From: Bdellovibrionales bacterium
GTDB lineage: Bacteria; Bdellovibrionota; Bdellovibrionia; Bdellovibrionales; UBA1609
Direction: 5' to 3'
Assembly: GCA_965200875.1 (NCBI GenBank)
Contig: OZ241456.1
Span: 1,728,001-1,792,000, forward strand
DNA: 64,000 bases
The position numbers were made by a program, and so were the translations under genes. Below are positions 58,437 through 64,000 of the stretch, one piece after another. Positions within the stretch are counted from its first letter, which is position 1, and every line of letters starts with the position of its first letter. The notes beneath the pieces are model-generated. The model was not told the origin of the DNA and searched no databases. It saw only the letters and a program-made list of their open reading frames with translations.

Positions 58437-60899
58437 TTAACCGGTTTTTTTATTTGTTTGTATATGCTCAAAAATATATTTTTCGGGCTCCAAAGAGCTT
58501 TCCTCCTGATGACGAAACTCCCTCACAATACGATTCAGAGCTTCTCTCTTTATAAAACCTTTATCGCATAACTCTGAAAAATCCTCTTTGCTTATTCCAG
58601 TAACAGTTTTAAAAAACCGAGAGTCTTTTGTTTCAATAACATGATCAATTTTATACTCTCTGAATTGTGTCATATAAATAAAATCTGCCATACAAATAGC
58701 CAACCTTTTGATTTGAGTCATATACCATTTCTTTTTAACTCTTTTTTCTGGATCATTTTCCTTTTCCACAAAACTTTTGTGTTCTTCTTTTATTTTTTCT
58801 TCGTCTGCAATCCTGTTTTTTTCCAATTTCTTCTGTTGAGCTTCATTCCCTATCTGAATAAAATCCTCAAGGCTTCCGGCTTGTTGACTTCTATAGCCTT
58901 TTACATTTTTTAGTGCTTCAAAAAGATGCGGATGATTTTCCAAAAGCACTAAAGAGGGAAAAGAGACCAAAGCGTCACTGGTGATTCTTCTAGCCAAGGC
59001 GGTTTTAGAACCTTCATTGGAAACAGCTGAAAAAATCTCCCTAGAAGTTACAGAATCACCTGTCAGTCTTCCTTCATAAAATTGTTTTATATTCAGAGTT
59101 TCGCAAAAATCATCAATAACTTTTTTTAAAGTATCTCGAACTTGAAAACCCGGAAGCTTATGACTATTCTCCTGATCCATCTGATCCGCCAAAGCAGACG
59201 CATAATCATAAGTGGTTCTTAAAGCGCGGAAAACCGCAAAATCAAAAACATATCCGAAAGGCTTCAATACTTTATTATGTTCTTTATCGAACCAAGCTGA
59301 TTGAATCCGAAAGACAGCCTGAAAATAACTTTCCGCAGATCCAATATCATTTAATATTAAAATAGAATCCCATTCTTTAATGGTAACCCCAGTTAAAAAC
59401 TTCCGGCAGGTAAGAGTTATTGTGCCCACCTTGTTTATTTTCCCAGAATTTACTTTTTCAATTTTAGAGGTTATATCTTTTTTATTTTTTGCCAGTACCT
59501 CATCAGACAGATCATTATCCGCCAAGTCATCACCTGTAGCCCCTCCTGTAGCATTGATAACCTCATATTGAGAAAACACAGGGTGTCGCTTAAGCTTCCT
59601 GATAAGCAAAGTGACAGACTTTACTCTGTTCAGCCACCAAACACTATGTCTCTTTTGAGGTAAATTCAATTTTTCACCCAGTCTCCCATAAACACTTACG
59701 GCAGTTGCACCATGTTCTCTTTTTGACAAGCTTTCCAAAAAATGATCAACAGAGGAATCGTATGCAAACTTTTTTCCTTTAACTTTAAATAACTCATTTA
59801 AGGAAAAGTCTTTGTCGTCTGTGATCATAAATTTTTCCGAGTGGTTATTTATGTCTTTATCTGTAATCTCTATGGTAAAAAGGTTCAAGTCCGGCATTTG
59901 TCTATAGACAAAAGGTTTTATTTCTTGAAGATCATCTGCCATTTCTTTTTGTTTGTTTTTTTGCTCATCAAGGTAGCTGTAAGTAAACACCTGTTCAGGG
60001 CAAAAATCCATAGAATCAATAAGACGAAAAGGAGTGCCGGATAAGTCAATCCGGAATTTTGGCTTAAGATATTGTAAGATATTGCTCACTCTCTTTGTTT
60101 GTCCTCCAAAATGCACTTCATCAAAAACAAGTAAATCCCACTTTGTTTTTAAAATTTTTTTAAGCCGATCTTTTATATTACCATTTTCATCAATATCCAA
60201 ATCCTGTAAAGAGACACATAAAACCAAAGGACCGGAATGTAGAGAGAACACGCCTTCTTCATTAAGGGACAGTTCATTAATATCAGAACCTTGTTTGGCT
60301 CTGATTCCTGTCCAACCTTTAAAATCTACATGATCATTGACGGTGCTCATCCATTCGTCAATCACTCTGGGTTTATAAGTGACAATAATAGTTTTTTTAG
60401 CTTTAAGTTTTTTGGCAAGATGAATACTGGTAAAACACTTTCCAAATCTCATTTTGGCGTTTAAAAGAAAACGATTTTTATGGGTGGCTGAATCCATGAT
60501 TTGATGAGAATAATCTTTATTAAACCACTTGCAAGCTTTATCGATAGCTGACTTTTGTTCTTTTCTTAAAATAAAATCATCTTTCCTCTTAACTCCGTGA
60601 ACCACCTGGTTAAAGGCAATTTCTATGTCCTCCAAAGAGGCATAAAACCATTCTGTTCCAACTCCCGCTTTTTTGTGTTGTATGCCGTTATCCTGTAACT
60701 GCTGGTGAATGTGACGATCTTTTTTTCCTTTGGGTAAATCCTTCACCCACAAAATAATAGGCACTTCGGGGTTGCTCGCATTAAATTGCTCATTTATACG
60801 CTCTCTATGTCTGCCTTTTTGGCAGTATCCCACCTTAAGCAAACCCTCTTTTTTATAAGTTTTGGTTGTATAAACATAAAGTTCTAATTTCTTAGACAT
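58437..60899 (-). CDS. GIY-YIG/T5orf172-like nuclease fused to an SF2 (ResIII-type) helicase/ATPase
   Basis: N-terminal 'LYVYTT...LKVGYC...RINEQF...TEWF'; Walker A 'NAKMRFGK'; 'FDEVH'; 'LSGTPF'; 'LTGVTIKEWD'; 'YFQAVFRIQS'. Confidence 0.82.
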   Translation of the reverse strand: MSKKLELYVYTTKTYKKEGLLKVGYCQKGRHRERINEQFNASNPEVPIILWVKDLPKGKKDRHIHQQLQDNGIQHKKAGVGTEWFYASLEDIEIAFNQVVHGVKRKDDFILRKEQKSAIDKACKWFNKDYSHQIMDSATHKNRFLLNAKMRFGKCFTSIHLAKKLKAKKTIIVTYKPRVIDEWMSTVNDHVDFKGWTGIRAKQGSDINELSLNEEGVFSLHSGPLVLCVSLQDLDIDENGNIKDRLKKILKTKWDLLVFDEVHFGGQTKRVSNILQYLKPKFRIDLSGTPFRLIDSMDFCPEQVFTYSYLDEQKNKQKEMADDLQEIKPFVYRQMPDLNLFTIEITDKDINNHSEKFMITDDKDFSLNELFKVKGKKFAYDSSVDHFLESLSKREHGATAVSVYGRLGEKLNLPQKRHSVWWLNRVKSVTLLIRKLKRHPVFSQYEVINATGGATGDDLADNDLSDEVLAKNKKDITSKIEKVNSGKINKVGTITLTCRKFLTGVTIKEWDSILILNDIGSAESYFQAVFRIQSAWFDKEHNKVLKPFGYVFDFAVFRALRTTYDYASALADQMDQENSHKLPGFQVRDTLKKVIDDFCETLNIKQFYEGRLTGDSVTSREIFSAVSNEGSKTALARRITSDALVSFPSLVLLENHPHLFEALKNVKGYRSQQAGSLEDFIQIGNEAQQKKLEKNRIADEEKIKEEHKSFVEKENDPEKRVKKKWYMTQIKRLAICMADFIYMTQFREYKIDHVIETKDSRFFKTVTGISKEDFSELCDKGFIKREALNRIVREFRHQEESSLEPEKYIFEHIQTNKKTG

Positions 60900-60911
60900 T
60901 TTAATTCACCT

Positions 60912-61097
60912 TTAAACCCCGGAGGTATTTCTGATTTTTTTTCCGTCCACAGCCTTGATAAAGGCAATGGTATCTTTTCTTAAGTGTTTATTTTGTATCC
61001 CTTTTTCAACAAGAGTTATAATTTGTTTTTTAGATTGAGGGCCAAAAGCTTTTTTAAAAGCTTTTTTAGAAATTTTATTACTAATATGTTTTTTCAT
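60912..61097 (-). CDS. Small basic hypothetical protein
   Basis: 61 aa, GAGGG RBS, co-oriented between the zeta-like gene and the helicase. Confidence 0.5.
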   Translation of the reverse strand: MKKHISNKISKKAFKKAFGPQSKKQIITLVEKGIQNKHLRKDTIAFIKAVDGKKIRNTSGV

Positions 61098-61173
61098 TTT
61101 TCCCTCTTTTTAACAAAGTGCTTTCTTAAAAATTACAAGCTTAAGTAAACAAAACTCAAAAAATAAAGGTTTT

Positions 61174-62190
61174 TCAAAGGTTACTATTTATAAGTTTTGG
61201 AAGTATTTTTTTTACACAATCCAGTTGCGAAAATATTTTTTTTGCGGTTGTTGGTAAATATGCCAATCTATGATGGACAAAAATTACAAATAAGTCAATT
61301 GTTTTATCTGCTATCACAATATTTTCATCTTTAAATTGATCATATAACCGTTCCAAATCTTTGTTTGGTCCATTATAACCTATCAGCCCTATTAAGTGTG
61401 CTTTCTTTTCACTGTCTATTTCGTCTACTTCCAACAAGCCATTATACCATATCCATATTTTTATGGGAGCCTTACTTTTAAATTGAATATTTAGTAGCTT
61501 ATTTAAGTTAGGAAACAAATTTTGAAAAGTATCAAACACTTCTTTTTTGGAGACATATCTTTTGATTTTTTCGTATCTTAACCTGACTCTCCTCCATGCC
61601 TCTTGATAGCTCTCCAAAAACACAATATGAATAGACACATTATAATCTTTTCTGAAAGCTTTTTTTATTTCTTCCACTACATGCAGTGTATTGTCCTTGC
61701 CTATTCTGAGATTTTTTTCATAAATAATATTTACTTTTTTCTGTGTAGACTTTTTATACAAAATGCCGGCCAGTTTGGCGGATTCTGATTGTACAAACTG
61801 AGCTGCTTTTTTTGGATTAAGTTTTTTTAATATTTGATATTCCGGTAACTGTTTTTTCAGATCATCAAAGTTGATATACAGAAAAGACTCAACCTCCTTC
61901 CTTTGGACAACAGTATCTTTAAGAGAGGTTTTTCCGGATCCAATAGAACCTATTATAAAATACAATCTTGGCACAGATTGAGTTTTATAGGTGGAGATGT
62001 ATTTATTAATAATTTCTCTATGCAGTTGTTTTCTCTTTGTCTCAAGTTGACCATTATCTAGGGTAAAAAATTCCCGGCTTGTGGTTTGACGAGATAGCTT
62101 TTTTAAAAACTTAAAATATTGCTCCTGATTTTCAGGGTTTTCCTGTAAATCATAGTATTTTTTTATCTCAGACATTTTCAGCTCCACCAT
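61174..62190 (-). CDS. Zeta-toxin-family P-loop kinase
   Basis: 'FIIGSIGSGKTS', 'YINFDDLKKQLPEY', 'VQSESAKLA', 'AWRRVRLR'. Confidence 0.75.
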   Translation of the reverse strand: MVELKMSEIKKYYDLQENPENQEQYFKFLKKLSRQTTSREFFTLDNGQLETKRKQLHREIINKYISTYKTQSVPRLYFIIGSIGSGKTSLKDTVVQRKEVESFLYINFDDLKKQLPEYQILKKLNPKKAAQFVQSESAKLAGILYKKSTQKKVNIIYEKNLRIGKDNTLHVVEEIKKAFRKDYNVSIHIVFLESYQEAWRRVRLRYEKIKRYVSKKEVFDTFQNLFPNLNKLLNIQFKSKAPIKIWIWYNGLLEVDEIDSEKKAHLIGLIGYNGPNKDLERLYDQFKDENIVIADKTIDLFVIFVHHRLAYLPTTAKKIFSQLDCVKKILPKLINSNL

Positions 62191-62342
62191 AAGTTTCCAG
62201 CTCTTAAAAATTTATTATTCCTGCAAAGGACACAAAGTGTCTTATGGAAATCCATGAACAATTCTTTTATTATCTTCAAGTCCAGTGGGTTAAAATGTTA
62301 AAGCAGAAACATTTGACTATGATAATTATAGTCTAACTTTCC

Positions 62343-63053
62343 TTAATCCAATTCACTTAACTGAACCCAGTTGTTTGATCTATCCTGTATAAACCAAAAA
62401 GTCCACCCATTCATCTCTTTCTGTGCAATCTCTTTTGCAACAGCTGAGGGAGTGTTGTATATTTTGTCTTCATATTGTATTTTTCCTGATGTAAGTAATG
62501 TGGCTTTATAAGTTTTTCCTTTATAGGTTTTTATCAAAGGTCTTTCAGTTTCAAAATAATTTTTTAAGTCAGGTCTGTTTTTACTTTGTTTCTTTGAAAT
62601 AGTTTGTTTTTTTGAAACAATTTGTTTTTTTTCTTTTCCACTAAAACCTAACTCCATTAATTCTGCTTGATGACTTTCCTTTATAGCTTGTTTGATAAAA
62701 TCCTTTAATTTTGTTTCTTTCCCTAATTTTGGTTTTACTGTGTTCCCTTTAGGTTGTGCTATGGAAATAATTACAGCTTCTATATCATTCATATATTGTT
62801 CTTTTTTTGTGAAATAGACAGAAAAATGAGTCCAAAGTGCTGAGTGTTTATCTTTTAAATGAGCATTAACCCGCCTTGCCAGATCAGATGCAAGACCAAC
62901 ATAGTAAAGCTCTTTTTCATCGTAAAGTGCATATACTCCCGGCTTGTTTCCGATATACTGAACAATAATTTTTTTGTATTTTTCAAAGATTTTCTTTGAT
63001 ATGCCTTCCAGTTTTTGGGTCAATATCATTGACTGGCTCTTTTTTATTCTCAT
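62343..63053 (-). CDS. GIY-YIG nuclease with a C-terminal RAMA (DUF4357-like) domain
   Basis: 'GVYALY...YYVGLA..LARRV..H...E...PKGN'; C-terminal 'YKGKTYKATL...YNTPSAVA...NGWTFW'; GGAGG RBS before ATG 63053. Confidence 0.78.
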   Translation of the reverse strand: MRIKKSQSMILTQKLEGISKKIFEKYKKIIVQYIGNKPGVYALYDEKELYYVGLASDLARRVNAHLKDKHSALWTHFSVYFTKKEQYMNDIEAVIISIAQPKGNTVKPKLGKETKLKDFIKQAIKESHQAELMELGFSGKEKKQIVSKKQTISKKQSKNRPDLKNYFETERPLIKTYKGKTYKATLLTSGKIQYEDKIYNTPSAVAKEIAQKEMNGWTFWFIQDRSNNWVQLSELD

Positions 63054-63144
63054 AAATAACCTCCCTTTAAAGTTAATCACCATAAACACTATTAATTACT
63101 ATTAAAAAAAATCTTTCTTCACCGGTTAATATTTAAAAGCCCTT

Positions 63145-63999
63145 TCAAGCAGTCCATTTTTCCACTTGTTCTTTAATGTATTTCTGTTCCTTTAGATTGA
63201 TATTAAAATACTTAAAAAGCTCTTCATCCGTCCAAGATGTCTTAGTATCCATTAAAGGAACCCAAGCAAATGTTTTTCTTTTTGTATGTTGTGTTGATTT
63301 TCTTAAACCTAAAAGAAATCTTGCGAAATATGTCCTCAAAAAAAATAAAAAATTTTCTGCTTTGTCTTTATTTTTAAAACTATGAGCTACACTATAAGTT
63401 TCTGTCGAAATTTGCCCTTTTCCTAAAATAAAAAAATGTTCTGGCTTTGGAAGAATTTGATCTCTCCTCCCTTTACCACCTCCAGAAGCCTCTGGAAAAG
63501 CTACTTGATATTCATTTATTTTGTCTTTGTTTAATGGTATTAAACTTTTTGGAAGTTTGTTAATTTTTTTGCCCATATTCAAACATTCAATCAGATGATC
63601 TGATTTAGAAAATGATATGTTGTTTCTCAAAAAATAATTACCGGGCAGGCCAAAAGGTTTCCTCGGCCACACCACTTCAGAAACAAATTTTTCACTGTTA
63701 TTCAATATTTTATCAATTATTGAATACGCTTCTGTATGAGGAACTATAATATCCAATTTGGATAAATTGATTTTCATTTGATTTTGTTTGCCTTTTATAA
63801 GGGTTTCATCTTTATTTTTTCTATCCCAGTATAAAAAACACACTCCCCCTCTAATATCTACAGTGGGAAACACGAAAGAGGAATTTTCAAAGTAAATTAT
63901 TTTTTTAATATGTCTCTCTGTTATCATACGATTACGAAAATTATCCAACCCTTTCCCCCCAGAAAACCAACGAGCTGGCACAACAAAAGAAAATTGTTC
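63145..63999 (-). CDS. Eco57I-type restriction-modification methylase, C-terminal part (5' end outside the window)
   Basis: Frame open to the window edge; 'VVPARWFSGGKGLDNFR', 'FPTVDIRGGVCFLYWD', 'TETY', 'FARFLLGLRKSTQH..RKTFAWVP', 'WTDEELFKYF'. Confidence 0.82.
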   Translation of the reverse strand, partial: EQFSFVVPARWFSGGKGLDNFRNRMITERHIKKIIYFENSSFVFPTVDIRGGVCFLYWDRKNKDETLIKGKQNQMKINLSKLDIIVPHTEAYSIIDKILNNSEKFVSEVVWPRKPFGLPGNYFLRNNISFSKSDHLIECLNMGKKINKLPKSLIPLNKDKINEYQVAFPEASGGGKGRRDQILPKPEHFFILGKGQISTETYSVAHSFKNKDKAENFLFFLRTYFARFLLGLRKSTQHTKRKTFAWVPLMDTKTSWTDEELFKYFNINLKEQKYIKEQVEKWTA

Positions 64000-64000
64000 A

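Noticed and set aside
1..64000. rRNA or tRNA genes
   Set aside because: No cloverleaf or rRNA-like segment was recognised in any intergenic region by eye; tRNAscan-SE and barrnap would confirm.

Overview
AT-rich bacterial chromosome segment. The gene content points to a Bdellovibrionota-like organism (inference): DUF507 pair, vWA lipoproteins, REC-DnaJ-TPR protein, ppiD divergent from mreCD-mrdA-rodA without mreB, split dcw cluster. The core runs from about 3.1 to 51.9 kb: purL, xerD, nfeD/stomatin, nrdAB, an NtrC-type regulator, rsmH-ftsL-ftsI, bcp, hpt, ampD, sohB, four paralogous vWA/MIDAS lipoproteins, mreCD-mrdA-rodA, PBP1B and ileS-lspA. Accessory defence-type DNA lies at both ends. On the left is a Zorya type II-like locus in the unusual order zorA, HNH nuclease, zorB. 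On the right, after lspA, is an island with an Xre/RES toxin-antitoxin pair coupled to a 625-aa membrane protein split by an intact IS3-family element. Facing it is a minus-strand block: Eco57I-type methylase, GIY-YIG-RAMA nuclease, zeta-like kinase with a small ORF, GIY-YIG/SF2 helicase, Dam-like methylase and a PIN-like protein. Signals not visible in the ORF track include a collapsed DUF262-AlbA pseudogene, a perfect 5x45-bp tandem array over the nrdB stop codon, a twice-repeated Y-shaped structured element, a family of dispersed palindromes, and four sigma-28-like promoters with identical spacing in front of secreted or lipoprotein genes. All protein calls come from motif recognition by eye; no database searches were run.
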